Shown here: piece by piece, positions 12,401 to 23,277 of the stretch
Numbering within the stretch: position 1 is the first letter of the stretch
Layout of the letters: each line of letters starts with the position of its first letter
Origin: an uncultured Methylomirabilota bacterium
Lineage (GTDB): Bacteria; Methylomirabilota; Methylomirabilia; Methylomirabilales; 2-02-FULL-66-22
Assembly (NCBI GenBank): GCA_963845565.1
Contig: CAWJSJ010000003.1
Span: 95,148-159,147 of the forward strand
Length of the DNA stretch: 64,000 bases
Reading direction: 5' to 3'
Position numbers and translations under genes: made by a program
Notes under the pieces: generated by a model
What the model saw: only the letters and a program-made list of their open reading frames with translations
Databases searched by the model: none
What the model was told of the DNA's origin: nothing

Positions 12401-12607
12401 TTGCGCGAACCGCTCCAGGTTGTTGAGGGCCAGGTCGGGATCCGGAAGGTGCCCAAGCGCACCAAGCAGCGTCGGCAGGATCAGCTCGAGCGACGATCGG
12501 CTCCCCGGGTCGGAGGCGAGCAGACCGATGTTCTTGGCGGCCTGTTCCGGCCGTCGGCAACCCGCTGCGGCAAGTTTTGGCGTGAGCGAATCGGGAAAGC
12601 CGTCCAT
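9473..12607 (-). CDS. glnE: Bifunctional glutamine synthetase adenylyltransferase/deadenylase
   Basis: Two nucleotidyltransferase repeats (GMGKLGGRELNFSSDIDL; GMGKLGGQELGYGSDLDL); downstream of glnA. Confidence 0.96.
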   Translation of the reverse strand: MDGFPDSLTPKLAAAGCRRPEQAAKNIGLLASDPGSRSSLELILPTLLGALGHLPDPDLALNNLERFAQKVLDRRFLLGLFRDNPRILHLALTIFGSSQFLSDILARQPQLFEWLLEPGVVHRPKSKEELLEEARHAVAGAASLERAWLALRRFKSQEILRIGLQDLVGRQNLVGITEELSNLADVSLETAYQVCRAELVRRHGVPQVAGEAGRSRECPFVIFGMGKLGGRELNFSSDIDLIFVYEEEGETAGTDSGTAGRLANQEFFRKLGEMLVKGMNEVSADGHLYRVDLRLRPEGRSGAIASSLRSCEIYYESWGQTWERQALIKARPVAGDPALGAMFLAMMTPFVFRQSLDLTALDEIRAMKDRINLSVAQDARARRNVKLGYGGIREIEFLVQGIQLLHGGKNPWLREANTLRALHRLAGQGVLADPDYEALVRAYTFLRRLEHRLQILHDRQTHTLPDDLQEIQILGRRMGYQPPEHLDAGAALLVDYERHTEAVRQLYDSFLQGTRSAAERAADPPSDELVLFFSSDLPVEQVRSRLAAVGFEDVERALRNLQLMREGQSSARYTPEVRRALGQLAGPLFLALAQVPDPDLALTTFERFIAGVAARTTFLRLLAETPGLVGLLVRLFGTSEVLSATLLRQPELIDTLLAPEPAARHGRERTAQELRRAVEAADPGSGRLDALRRVKKAEDLRIGLADILEQADVTDTQRALTYLGEACLEVALDMAEQDLAVRFGRPDPAGFAIVGMGKLGGQELGYGSDLDLLFVYGDDGQTTGPERVSHPEYFSKLADRVTKILASITAEGAAYRVDSRLRPGGQKGEVAVSLRAFETHFERMAELWERQAYIKARPIVGDPRVGAAFLAVAQRFVYEGPEEPDLAERILAMRHRISAERVGTAGKATHVKLGSGGIVEIEFLVQYLQLRHGRTHPALRSQSTLPALAALAETGVLPAADAVTLGDAYRFLRRVETRLRIVADLSVNTLPSVPAKLETLVRRMGYPAKADTSSQAQFLADYAARTGQVHEVFQRVFGGDGAQR

Positions 12608-12755
12608 GAACGCCGCCAACCCTTAAGAAGAGCACGGAGTGGAAACCCATGCATACCACACGGACGCGCTGTCCCGCAAGCGCCCCCTGCGTGGCGTTGC
12701 GTGGAGCCGGCTGATCCAGGGGCCACCCCCGGCCGCACTCCAAAACCCCAGACGC

Positions 12756-12791
12756 AAAATGCCCCGCAAGGAGAACCCTGCGGGGCATTCC
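12756..12791 (-). terminator. Intrinsic terminator after glnA
   Basis: AATGCCCCGCAGG-loop-CTTGCGGGGCATTTT on minus strand. Confidence 0.75.
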
Positions 12792-12807
12792 GGTGGTAGA
12801 AGGGTGA

Positions 12808-14226
12808 TTAGATGTCGTAATACAGCATGAACTCGTACGGGTGCGGCCGCATGCGGACCGGATCCACCTCGCGCTTCCGCTTGTACTCGATCCAGGTGTC
12901 GATGGCGTCCTGCGTGAAGACGTCGCCCTTCAGCATGAACTCGTGGTCGTTCTCCAGGGCGGTCAGCGCCGCGTCCAGCGACCCCGGCACCGAGGGGACG
13001 CCCTTCAACTCCTCCGGCCCCAGCTCGTAGATGTCCTTGTCCAGCGGCTGCCCCGGATCGATCTTGTTCTGGATGCCGTCCAGACCCGCCATGAGCATGG
13101 CCGAGAAGGCCAGGTAACCATTCGAGCTGCAGTCGGGGAACCGCACCTCGACCCGCTTCGCCTTGGGGCTGGGCGAATACATCGGGATCCGGATGGCGGC
13201 GCTGCGGTTCCGGCTCGAATACGCGAGGTTCACAGGCGCCTCATATCCGGGAACCAACCGCTTGTAGGAGTTGGTCGTGGGCGCCACGATGGCGCACAGC
13301 GCGGCGGCGTGCTTCAGAATGCCGCCGATATACCACAGCGCCATGTCGGAGAGGCCGGCGTAACCGTTGCCCGCGAAGAGGGGCTGCCCACCCTTCCACA
13401 GACTCTGGTGGCAGTGCATGCCCGTCCCGTTGTCGCCGAAGAGCGGCTTGGGCATCAGGGTCACGGTCTTGCCGTGCTTGCGCGCCACGTTCTTGATGAT
13501 GTACTTGTACCACATCAGGCTGTCCGCGATCTTGGTCAGGGTGTTGAACTGCATGTCGATCTCGGCCTGGCCGCCGGTGGCCACCTCGTGGTGCTGCGCC
13601 TCGACCGCGATCCCAACCTGCTCCATGACCAGCACCATCTCGGAGCGGAGGTCGTTCATGCTGTCCGTGGGGGGCACCGGGAAGTAGCCTTCCTTGTAGC
13701 GGGCCTTGTAGCCGAGGTTCGGGTTTTCCACCCGGCCGGTGTTCCACTGCCCCTCCGCCGAGTCGATGAAATAGTAGCCGGCGTTCTGCGTGCAATCATA
13801 CCGGATGTCATCAAAAATGAAGAACTCCGCCTCGGGTCCCACGAACGCGGTGTCCGCGATCCCGGTGGACTTCAGGTATGCCTCGGCCTTCTGGGAGATG
13901 TTGCGCGGGTCGCGGCTGTATTTCTCTTTGGTAATGGGATCCACGATGTTGCAGATGAAGCTGATCGTCGGGGCTGCCGTGAAGGGATCCATCACCGCCG
14001 TGGCGACGTCCGGGATGATCAGCATGTCGCTGGCGTGGATGGCCTGCCAGCCGCGAATAGAGCTGCCGTCGAAGCCGAACCCGTCCTCGAAAGAACTCTC
14101 CTCGAGGCGGCCGATGGGGACCGTGAAATGCTGCCACATCCCGGGGAAGTCCATGAACTTGAAGTCGGCGAACTTCGCCCCGTTCTCCTTCACCATCTTC
14201 ATGACGTCTTTCGGGGTCATGCGCAT
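12808..14226 (-). CDS. glnA: Glutamine synthetase type I
   Basis: [34 protein letters not shown]; adenylylation Tyr in KDIYEL. Confidence 0.98.
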   Translation of the reverse strand: MRMTPKDVMKMVKENGAKFADFKFMDFPGMWQHFTVPIGRLEESSFEDGFGFDGSSIRGWQAIHASDMLIIPDVATAVMDPFTAAPTISFICNIVDPITKEKYSRDPRNISQKAEAYLKSTGIADTAFVGPEAEFFIFDDIRYDCTQNAGYYFIDSAEGQWNTGRVENPNLGYKARYKEGYFPVPPTDSMNDLRSEMVLVMEQVGIAVEAQHHEVATGGQAEIDMQFNTLTKIADSLMWYKYIIKNVARKHGKTVTLMPKPLFGDNGTGMHCHQSLWKGGQPLFAGNGYAGLSDMALWYIGGILKHAAALCAIVAPTTNSYKRLVPGYEAPVNLAYSSRNRSAAIRIPMYSPSPKAKRVEVRFPDCSSNGYLAFSAMLMAGLDGIQNKIDPGQPLDKDIYELGPEELKGVPSVPGSLDAALTALENDHEFMLKGDVFTQDAIDTWIEYKRKREVDPVRMRPHPYEFMLYYDI

Positions 14227-14313
14227 GCTCCTCCTCGCCGAGGAAACCGGCGGTTCTCAGTGTCCCGCCCCATCCATGCGCCCGGGACCCGGGCCGCTCT
14301 TTGGGGCGTAGGG

Positions 14314-15303
<990 letters not shown>

Positions 15304-18300
15304 TCAGGCCGACCCGGTGGGGGCCTCCACCGGCAACCAGAGGCGAAACGTCACGCCGTCGCCGGGACGATTGTCCACTTCCACGCGTCCGCCGTGGGCC
15401 CGCGTGATGCGCCGGACCAACGTGAGACCCAGTCCGGTGCCGACCTCCTTGGTGGTGAAGAACGGATTGAACACCTCCCCCAGGATCTCGGTCGGGATGC
15501 CGCCCCCGGTATCGCCGACGCTGAGTGTCGCCCAGCGTGTCGGAGTGGGAAACACGGCGAGCCCACCGTCCTGCAACCCATCCCCGCTGTCCTCGTGGCG
15601 ACCTGTCGGCGGCCCCTGGACCGCCTCGACGACCCTCGTGGTCAGTGTCAGGGTTCCCCCGCTCGGCATCGCCTCCAGCGCGTTGATCAAGAGGTTGAGG
15701 ACGGTCTGCTTCATCTGCACCGGATCCAGGCGGAGGACCGGGAAGCCCTCCGCCAGATCCCTGCGGACGGCGACACCTTGCAGCGCGATCCGCTCGGCGA
15801 ACAGCACCAGACACTCCTGGATCACGGCATGGAGGTCCGTCTCCGCCAAGGCGAGGCGGAGCTCGCGCGACAGGCCGCGCACGTCGCGCGCGATCCGTTC
15901 CAGGCGATCCGCCTCCCGCGCGATGATCTGGGCATACTGGCCCTCCGGTTCGCGCCCTGCCAGCCGCTGCGCCAGCCGCCGCGCGAACCCGCCGATCGCC
16001 ACCAGGGGGTTGCGGATCTCGTGCACTACGTGGGCGGCCATCTCCCCCAAGGCCGCCAGCCGCTCCTGGCGCAACAGCCGATGATGGCTGCGCTGGATCT
16101 CCCGGTTGGCGTCTTCCAGGCTACTATAGACCCGAGCGTTCTCCACGGCCAGCCCCGCCTGCGTAGCGAAGGCCGACAGGAACTCCAGGTCCTCGTCGGT
16201 GATGGGCTTCCGGTTGAACTTGTTGTCCACCACCAGAACCCCCACCACCTTGCCCTTGGCCATCAGGGGGGCGCAGGCGAACTCGTCCACCTCCAGCTGA
16301 CGTTCCCAGGCGGGACGGCCGCCGGACTCCCGGCGGGCGTCGGCGGCCCGGAAGGCGCGCGCCTCGCGGACGGATCGGGCCAGGAGGCTCTCGCTGTCGT
16401 CCAGCGGAATCCGCAGGCTGCGCGCGAGGCGATCGAATGGCGACGTATCGCGATCGCCGCCCAGCTTCGCCTGCTCCGCGACCACCTCGGCCAGCGGACG
16501 GTGCTGCTCCGTCAGCGCGCCCCAGATGGCGGCCGCCTCCTCGCCCGAGGCCGGTCCCACCCCCAGCCGACCCACCAGAAGCCGACGCACGTCATCCACC
16601 AGCAAGAGCATGGCGCGGTTGAATCCGAGCCCGCCTCCATAGGTCACCCCGCTCAGCACGATGCGCAGCAGCGCGTCAATCTGCATGGTGCCCTGCATCG
16701 CCGCCCCGATCTCGCTCAGGACCGCCAGTTTGCGGAGACGCAGGAGTTCCTCCACCGCCAGCCGCTCCTTCTCCCGGAACAGCCGAGCATTCTCGACGGC
16801 GATGGCCACGTGCTGCGCGAACGAGGTGAGCACCTCCAGGTCGTCCGCGCGGAAGGCGCGGCCCGTTCGCCGCGCCACCGACAGCACGCCCACCGCGCGC
16901 TCGCCCAAACGGACCGGCACCACCGCAACGTTCCGGACGCCCCGCGCACGGGCCCAGGCGTGCTCGGCGTATCGGGGATCGTTGCCCGCATCGTCCAGGA
17001 TGGCGATCTCCGACGTCTGGAATACCGCACCCGTCACCCCTTCACCCGCGGCAAACGTCTCCCGTGCCGGGGGCAAGAGGTCCGGATCGCCCGCGCTCGC
17101 CGATACGTGCAGGAGGCCGGTGGCCTCCTGCCACCCCCAGAGCCGCGCCAGCGCCAGATCGAGCAAGTCCACCGCCGCCCGGACGGCATAATCGAACACC
17201 TGCTGCGAGTCCAACGAGGCGGTGACCTTTCGACTCAGCTCACTGAGCGCCCGAAACCGGGCGCTCCGCACCTGCGCCTCTTCGAAGAGGCGCGCGTTTT
17301 CGATGGCGATGGCCGCCTGCGTGGCCAGCATCCGGAGCAGCCGCAGATCGGCGGCGGTGAATCGCTTTCCGGGCTGCGTGGTATGCGAGTGCAGGATTCC
17401 CAGGAGCCGGTCGCCGAACAGGACCGGCGTCGTGATGGTGGCCACCACATCGGGAAACTCCGGCAGCGCGTAGGGGGAGGCTTGATAGTCGTCCAGCAAC
17501 ATCGCCTGACGGGTTCGCGCCACCGTCGCATTCACGCCCCGACTCTCCGAGAATACCTGGACGCGGACCCGCTCCGCCTCCGGACCCAGCGCCGCGCCGT
17601 ACCGCAACTGCTGGGTGGTCTCGTCCCAGAGCAGCACCTGGGAGTACTGGCTGTCCAGGAGCCGCGTCGTTCCGGTGACGATGGCGTCCAGGACGCTCGA
17701 CAGCTTCAGCTGTCCCGCGATCGCCTGCCCGACCTCGCGCAGCGCGGCGAGTTCCGCCGCGTGCTGGGACGCCGCCTGGAAGAGTCGGGCATTCTCGATG
17801 GCGATCCCCGCCTCGGTCGCCAGGGACAGCAGCAGAGTCACGTCCCGCTCTTCGAAGGCGGCCGGTTCGCCGGGTGTGGCGGCGATTTTGTCCAGCAGGC
17901 AGAGCGTACCAAGGAACGTGTGGCGCTGGAGCAGGGGCACGGCCAGCGCCGAGATCGGGCGGACCGGCACTTGCGGGGCGAAGCGGGCGTCCTGCGAGAG
18001 GTCCGGGATCAGGATCGGAACCGTCTCTTGCCGTGTCAGCGCCGCCAGCGATTCCTCCGCGACGACGAGCTCGGCCGACGGCGCCTGTTCAAAACGAAAA
18101 ACCTGATCGAAGGCACCCGTCGCGTCGTCCGCCAACCGCAAGATGGCGGTACGGGCCCGGAGCGCGTTGGCGGACAAACGGGGGACCAGCGCCAGGACCT
18201 GAGACAGTTCGAGGGGGACGCCGAGCGCGTACTCGCCGAGGTGCCGACGCGATAGCTCCGTGAGGCGGTGCGAGGTCTGTTCCACGGCCCTCACCCGACG

Positions 18301-18318
18301 CTCGAGGGAGACGGTCAC
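15304..18318 (-). CDS. Cytoplasmic multi-GAF sensor histidine kinase (start uncertain)
   Basis: About four GAF repeats ending AIAIENARLF; H-box HEIRNPL; NLLINALEAM; DTGGG; GTGLGL. Confidence 0.9.
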   Translation of the reverse strand: MTVSLERRVRAVEQTSHRLTELSRRHLGEYALGVPLELSQVLALVPRLSANALRARTAILRLADDATGAFDQVFRFEQAPSAELVVAEESLAALTRQETVPILIPDLSQDARFAPQVPVRPISALAVPLLQRHTFLGTLCLLDKIAATPGEPAAFEERDVTLLLSLATEAGIAIENARLFQAASQHAAELAALREVGQAIAGQLKLSSVLDAIVTGTTRLLDSQYSQVLLWDETTQQLRYGAALGPEAERVRVQVFSESRGVNATVARTRQAMLLDDYQASPYALPEFPDVVATITTPVLFGDRLLGILHSHTTQPGKRFTAADLRLLRMLATQAAIAIENARLFEEAQVRSARFRALSELSRKVTASLDSQQVFDYAVRAAVDLLDLALARLWGWQEATGLLHVSASAGDPDLLPPARETFAAGEGVTGAVFQTSEIAILDDAGNDPRYAEHAWARARGVRNVAVVPVRLGERAVGVLSVARRTGRAFRADDLEVLTSFAQHVAIAVENARLFREKERLAVEELLRLRKLAVLSEIGAAMQGTMQIDALLRIVLSGVTYGGGLGFNRAMLLLVDDVRRLLVGRLGVGPASGEEAAAIWGALTEQHRPLAEVVAEQAKLGGDRDTSPFDRLARSLRIPLDDSESLLARSVREARAFRAADARRESGGRPAWERQLEVDEFACAPLMAKGKVVGVLVVDNKFNRKPITDEDLEFLSAFATQAGLAVENARVYSSLEDANREIQRSHHRLLRQERLAALGEMAAHVVHEIRNPLVAIGGFARRLAQRLAGREPEGQYAQIIAREADRLERIARDVRGLSRELRLALAETDLHAVIQECLVLFAERIALQGVAVRRDLAEGFPVLRLDPVQMKQTVLNLLINALEAMPSGGTLTLTTRVVEAVQGPPTGRHEDSGDGLQDGGLAVFPTPTRWATLSVGDTGGGIPTEILGEVFNPFFTTKEVGTGLGLTLVRRITRAHGGRVEVDNRPGDGVTFRLWLPVEAPTGSA

Positions 18319-18344
18319 CCGCGCCGGCCGCGCGACCGAGTCCG

Positions 18345-19343
18345 TCAGACCTTGGCGTCTCGCAGGTACTTGGCAGCCTCTTCCGGCGGCGTGGGATTGA
18401 TATAGAACCCGCTCCCCCACTCGAACCCGGCGACATGGGTAAGCTTGGGCATCAGCTCGATGTGCCAGTGGTAGTACCGTCCGTCCGTTTCGCGCAAGGG
18501 GCTGCTGTGGATGATGAGGTTATAGGGGGGATTCATCAGGACCTTCTCCATCCGCAGGAAGAGGTCCCGGAGCAGTTTCGACAGATTGACATACTCGTGC
18601 TTCTGGGCGTCCTCGAAAAACGGACCGTGCGCCTTTGGCAAGATCCACGCCTCAAAGGGGAATCGGGAGGCGTATGGCGCGATGGTGATGAACCCGTCGT
18701 TCTCGCTGATGACGCGGGTCCCCTGGTTCAGCTCCTGCCGGACGATGTCGCAGAAGACGCAACGCTCTTTGTAGTTGTAGTACTCCTTGGCGCCGTCCAG
18801 CTCCTCCCGCACCCGCTTGGGGATAATGGGGGTGGCGATGAGCTGCGAATGCGGATGGTCCAGCGATGCGCCGGCCGCCCGACCTGCGTTCTTGAAGATG
18901 AGGATGTAGCGAAACCGCGGATCCTTCTTGAGGTCCAGGACGCGGTCGTGGAATGCCCACAGGATGTCCTCGATCCGCCGCTCGTTCATGCTGGCGAGGG
19001 TCTCGCCGTGCTCGGGCGTCTCGATGACGACTTCGTGGGCGCCGATGCCGTTCATCTTGTCGTACATCCCGTCGCCCTGACGATTCAGATCCCCCTCGAT
19101 CTGGAGGGCCGGGAACTTGTTCGGCACCACCCGAAGATGCCAGTTGGACCCATTGGCGGTGGAGCCGTCGGGGCGATAGGCCAGGACTTCCGGCGGCGTC
19201 TTCCCCTCGTTCCCGGGGCAGAACGGGCAGAAGCCCACCCGCTCTCGCTCTGCGGCGCTGCCGAAATCCGACGGGCGCTTGCCCCGTTCGGTCGAAATGA
19301 TCACCCACCGCGAGGTGACCGGATCTTTGCGCAATTCAGGCAT
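18345..19343 (-). CDS. galT: Galactose-1-phosphate uridylyltransferase family protein
   Basis: ELRKDP, CPFCPGNE, VVPNKFPAL, GASLDHPHSQ. Confidence 0.93.
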   Translation of the reverse strand: MPELRKDPVTSRWVIISTERGKRPSDFGSAAERERVGFCPFCPGNEGKTPPEVLAYRPDGSTANGSNWHLRVVPNKFPALQIEGDLNRQGDGMYDKMNGIGAHEVVIETPEHGETLASMNERRIEDILWAFHDRVLDLKKDPRFRYILIFKNAGRAAGASLDHPHSQLIATPIIPKRVREELDGAKEYYNYKERCVFCDIVRQELNQGTRVISENDGFITIAPYASRFPFEAWILPKAHGPFFEDAQKHEYVNLSKLLRDLFLRMEKVLMNPPYNLIIHSSPLRETDGRYYHWHIELMPKLTHVAGFEWGSGFYINPTPPEEAAKYLRDAKV

Positions 19344-19355
19344 GCACGTGCTCCT

Positions 19356-19463
19356 TTAGGAGCCGTTACGAAATAGTCTATACATCTCTTCTTTCTATTT
19401 CGTTACGGCTCCTTATGCCGTTTCGGAATGTCTCCGCTCAACTAATTCTTTGACAACGGCTTA
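19356..19463. mobile_element. MITE-like double-hairpin element family A, copy 1
   Basis: TTA-GGAGCCGTTACGAAAT..ATTTCGTTACGGCTCC-TTA-TGCCGTT..AACGGC-TTA; AT-rich; three copies in window. Confidence 0.75.
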
Positions 19464-19513
19464 CCGGCGCGATCGATTGGCGCCTCGAACATTAGTTGAG
19501 CACCTGGGGAAAG

Positions 19514-20533
19514 TCAAGGTCGGGCGGCGGATGCCACGAGGGCCCGGAGCAGTGCCAGAAGCGCGGCTTGGACGGCGAGCCCGGTGCCGTCCACGGTGGG
19601 AACCCGCTTCCGCGTGGCGCCGTCCACGGCGCCGGCCCGCACGATGCGCCGGAGCATGCGCGCCTCGCTCTGCGGGCGGTGCAGGAGACCGGGGCGCCCG
19701 AGGTAGGCGGCCAGGGCGGCCGTCACCGCGTGCGCCCCCCAGTTGGAGGCAAAGGCCACCACCGGCTTCCGGGCCCGCACGGCACAGGCGATCCCGCCTC
19801 GACACGGACAGGCGCAGCGCGCCGTCCGCATGAGCAGACCGCCCATACCGATCTCGTTTCCCCGATCGCCGATCCCGATGGTGAGCACGCCGTGCCGGTG
19901 GGCCGGCGGGAACAGGAGGTCGGTACGCGCCTGGTGGGCAGTGACGTCCTCCCCGCGCATGGTGTGCACCACGCCCCGGCGGTTCGGTCCGAGCTTCTCG
20001 ATGCTGATCACGGCGGCGGGCCGGTGGCCCGCGAACAGCCGCCGCACCACTCCGGCCGCCGGCGCCGGATCGCTGGGGAAGGCCTGCAGGTGCAGGCGGG
20101 GGCGCCAGTCCGTGCCGTCCCCCTCCGAGGTTGCCAGGGCCTCGACCCCTTCGGCGAGAACGGGGACGACGCTCGACTCCGTCAGGACCGACGCCTCCAC
20201 GCCCAGCCCCAGGATCAATGCCCGGGCCAGGGCCAGCGTGCCCGGCGGCCCGTCAGTTTCCCCGCAGGGGATGTGCGGCGTGACCAGGCCGGTGGTGAGG
20301 AGAACCCGGCTGCCGGGCCGCAGACGGGCGAGCAGGGCCCGGGCGGCCCCGTCGGCGAGCGGGCCACCCTCGACTCGCCGCGCTGCGCGGTACAAGGCCT
20401 CGAACGACAGGCGAGGGCCGACGGGACGTTGCGCGGCGTCCCGCTCCCACGGAACGGTGGGCGTCAACCGGAGCAGGAGGTCCAGCGACTCGGCAAACCC
20501 GACCATGACGGGGGGCGACGATGCGGCGGTCAC
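19514..20533 (-). CDS. DUF4392 / D-glutamate cyclase C-terminal-like domain protein
   Basis: ETDGPPG, ISIEKLG, GIGDRGNEIGMG, SNWGA, GAVDG. Confidence 0.85.
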   Translation of the reverse strand: MTAASSPPVMVGFAESLDLLLRLTPTVPWERDAAQRPVGPRLSFEALYRAARRVEGGPLADGAARALLARLRPGSRVLLTTGLVTPHIPCGETDGPPGTLALARALILGLGVEASVLTESSVVPVLAEGVEALATSEGDGTDWRPRLHLQAFPSDPAPAAGVVRRLFAGHRPAAVISIEKLGPNRRGVVHTMRGEDVTAHQARTDLLFPPAHRHGVLTIGIGDRGNEIGMGGLLMRTARCACPCRGGIACAVRARKPVVAFASNWGAHAVTAALAAYLGRPGLLHRPQSEARMLRRIVRAGAVDGATRKRVPTVDGTGLAVQAALLALLRALVASAARP

Positions 20534-20955
20534 CGGACCGTGAGGCGCGCGCGGAGGCGGTTACTGGTGTTGCCCTGTTTGTTGACGACCTGGAACTCGA
20601 CCCAGCGCACCCCTTCGGTTGCCCAGCGCACGGGAACCTCGGCCACGCCGGCCACCTGGCCCGAGTACTGGCTGAGGTCTATGGTGATGCGTTGCAGGGC
20701 GGTGAAGAACTGGAACTGCGCAAACCCTTGTTCGAGCAGGAACCCCTCATCGAGATCCGCCGATCCCACCTCGAAGTAAAAGCTCATCCGGGCCGTTCCG
20801 CCGACCGGGATCGTCTCCGGCTCGAACCGCAGATTGGCGATCCGGGGCACCCCGGGTCCGGGCGGGGTCTCGGAGGAACCGAAGGTTGCGCACCCCGACA
20901 AGACAACGGCGAGACCGAGGAGCATGGCAGTGCCGATACCGTGAACTCTCACCAC
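20530..20955 (-). CDS. Hypothetical lipoprotein (Ig-like)
   Basis: Lipobox LSGC; beta-rich sequence; GGAG RBS. Confidence 0.7.
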   Translation of the reverse strand: MVRVHGIGTAMLLGLAVVLSGCATFGSSETPPGPGVPRIANLRFEPETIPVGGTARMSFYFEVGSADLDEGFLLEQGFAQFQFFTALQRITIDLSQYSGQVAGVAEVPVRWATEGVRWVEFQVVNKQGNTSNRLRARLTVR

Positions 20956-21154
20956 GTTTCCACTCCTTCAGACACCGGCGGTCGCACATCCCGTGCTGCT
21001 TGACGTACACGCCGCGCCTCGTCCGCCGCCATCCTCGGAGCCGGCTGTCCGCCATATCACCGCGGGCAGTATACCACGCACGCCGCGGCCGCTCCACGCT
21101 CTTTTCACGCGAGGCCTCCGCTCCCGGCTCCCGTATCCCTGCGATACGACGACG

Positions 21155-22948
21155 CTAGCAGAGATCCGACATCCCGCCCGCGTCGCTCCACAGGCTGAGA
21201 TCCGTCAGGGTCGCATCCAGCTTCAAAAGGTCCCCTTCGAGCGTGCGGGCAGCCGCTTGCGCCTCCGCGGTGGCCAGCGCCTGGAACCGCACGTGATCGC
21301 CCGGCCGCACCTGCGCGAGCTTGGGGATATCCGGACCGATCACCGTGGCGATCTTGGTATAGCCGCCCGTGGTCTGCCGATCCGCCAGCAGGATAATCGG
21401 CTTCCCGTTTCCCGGAACCTGGATGCCGCCCAGGGGAATCCAGTCGGAAATGATATCGGCGGCTCCGGTATGTTCGATGGCCGGCCCCTCCAGACGACAC
21501 CCCATCCGGTCCGACGACGGCGTCACCTCGTAGCTCGCCTCCAGGAACGTGCGCCGACCGGCCTCGGTGAAGGCGTCGTCTTGCGGCCCCAGGACCACCC
21601 GGATCGTCTGCGGCGATGCGAAGGTGGGCCGCCAGGTGCCCGGTACGGTCCGGCCCGCCCAGCGGGCGGGAGACCCGATGATGGGCCCCACGGACAGGAC
21701 GTCCCCGTCACAGAGCGGGCGCCCCTCGGTACCTCCGAACCCCGCCGCCAGGCTGGTGGAGCGACTCCCCAACCGCACGGGAACATCGATCCCGCCCCCG
21801 GCAGCCAGGTAGGCGCGCATGCCCCGGGTGCAGTGGCGGATGTCCAGGGTCTGCCCGGCCCTCGCCAGGAAAGCCTGATACCAGGGAACCGGTCGGCCAT
21901 CCAGCTCCGCGGCGACCTCGGCCCCGGTCAAGGCCAGCGACACGTCCGCTCTGAACCGGATCTCCGGACCGAGGAAGCTAATCTCCAGCGCGGCGGCGTT
22001 CTGGGCGTTCCCCACCAGGATGTTCCCGACCCGGAGCGCCACCTCGTCCATCGCCCCGCTCACGGTCACGCCGAACTTCTGGCACCCGACACGACCCCGG
22101 TCCTGCACCGTCGTGAGCGGGCCCGCCCGAAGGATCTCCAGCGCCTGGCGCGAGGAAAGCGGCGACTGGGCGACTGGGCGACTGGGCGATTCGGAGCCCC
22201 CCGGATGCCCGCTTGCCTGATTGCCTACGTGCCTATCTGCCCGCTGCCCGCTGCCCGCTGCCGTCCGGTACTCCCGCTCCAGCCGATCATACTCCTCCCG
22301 CCCGACGGCCACGAACCGCACCGTGTCCCCGGCCACCATCGGGGTCGGCGGATCTTGGGCGGGATCGAACAGGGGCACGGGCGTCCGCCCGATCAGGCGC
22401 CATCCCCCGGGCGTCTCCGCCGAGTAGGCTCCGGTCTGGCTCCCGCCGATCCCCACCGCCCCCCGCGGCGTCTTGGTCCGCGGCGAAGGAAGCCGCGGCG
22501 TGTGGAGCTGCTCCGGCAGGCCACCCAGGTAGGCGAACCCCGCCGTGAAGCCGATCATGTGAACGTGATACGGCGTCTGGCTATGCAGCCGGATCACCTC
22601 GGCCTCACTGAGCTTGGTGTGCTCGGCCACGAACGGCAGATCGGGGCCGAACTCGCCCCCGTAACAGGTGGGCAGCGTCACCACCTTGGGGGCCGGTAGC
22701 CGGCTCGGGTCCAGGGTGGCCAGGGTGGACTGGATGTGCGCCTTCAACTCGTCGAGGCCGAGCCGCGTCGGGTCGAACTGGATCCCCAGAGAGCGGTACG
22801 TCGGCACGACTTCCACCAGACCGGGCATCCCGGACGCCGTCAAGGCGATCGCGAGCGCGCGGACCTGATTGTTGACGTCGACGGTGACCGTCGTTCCAAA
22901 CTCGACTACAACACCCCGATCGCCGGCCGGCAGGAATCGCGCAGTCAT
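21155..22948 (-). CDS. pxpBC: 5-oxoprolinase PxpB-PxpC fusion (allophanate hydrolase subunit 1+2 type)
   Basis: PxpB: VPTYRSL, GFTAGFAYL, TPGGWRLIGRT. PxpC: TTVQDRGR, SDRMGCRL, QTTGGY. Confidence 0.9.
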   Translation of the reverse strand: MTARFLPAGDRGVVVEFGTTVTVDVNNQVRALAIALTASGMPGLVEVVPTYRSLGIQFDPTRLGLDELKAHIQSTLATLDPSRLPAPKVVTLPTCYGGEFGPDLPFVAEHTKLSEAEVIRLHSQTPYHVHMIGFTAGFAYLGGLPEQLHTPRLPSPRTKTPRGAVGIGGSQTGAYSAETPGGWRLIGRTPVPLFDPAQDPPTPMVAGDTVRFVAVGREEYDRLEREYRTAAGSGQRADRHVGNQASGHPGGSESPSRPVAQSPLSSRQALEILRAGPLTTVQDRGRVGCQKFGVTVSGAMDEVALRVGNILVGNAQNAAALEISFLGPEIRFRADVSLALTGAEVAAELDGRPVPWYQAFLARAGQTLDIRHCTRGMRAYLAAGGGIDVPVRLGSRSTSLAAGFGGTEGRPLCDGDVLSVGPIIGSPARWAGRTVPGTWRPTFASPQTIRVVLGPQDDAFTEAGRRTFLEASYEVTPSSDRMGCRLEGPAIEHTGAADIISDWIPLGGIQVPGNGKPIILLADRQTTGGYTKIATVIGPDIPKLAQVRPGDHVRFQALATAEAQAAARTLEGDLLKLDATLTDLSLWSDAGGMSDLC

Positions 22949-23277
22949 CGCTCCATCGCTCCCGTTCTCGTCTCCGTGTGCCAGAGGTCCTCGCACCAAC
23001 GCGACCGGCGTATCTTCTACCATACCCTCCGCGAAGTCGGCCAGTTCTTTCCGCCCCCCGTCGCCGGCGCCCGCACGCCCGCGCACAGTCGGCCGCCCAT
23101 GGGAATCCCGACCGCCTGGGAAGATGCCTATACGCGTGGGAATCCGTGAAGGGGTCTCTTCGCCGATGCATTTCTTCAATTGCTGTTGACGCCCGCGTCC
23201 GGGGTGCGGGATACTCCCCGCCGTTCCGTGGATATGACCATCACCGAGCGGCACGAGAAGCCGGAGGGGCGACGCGT

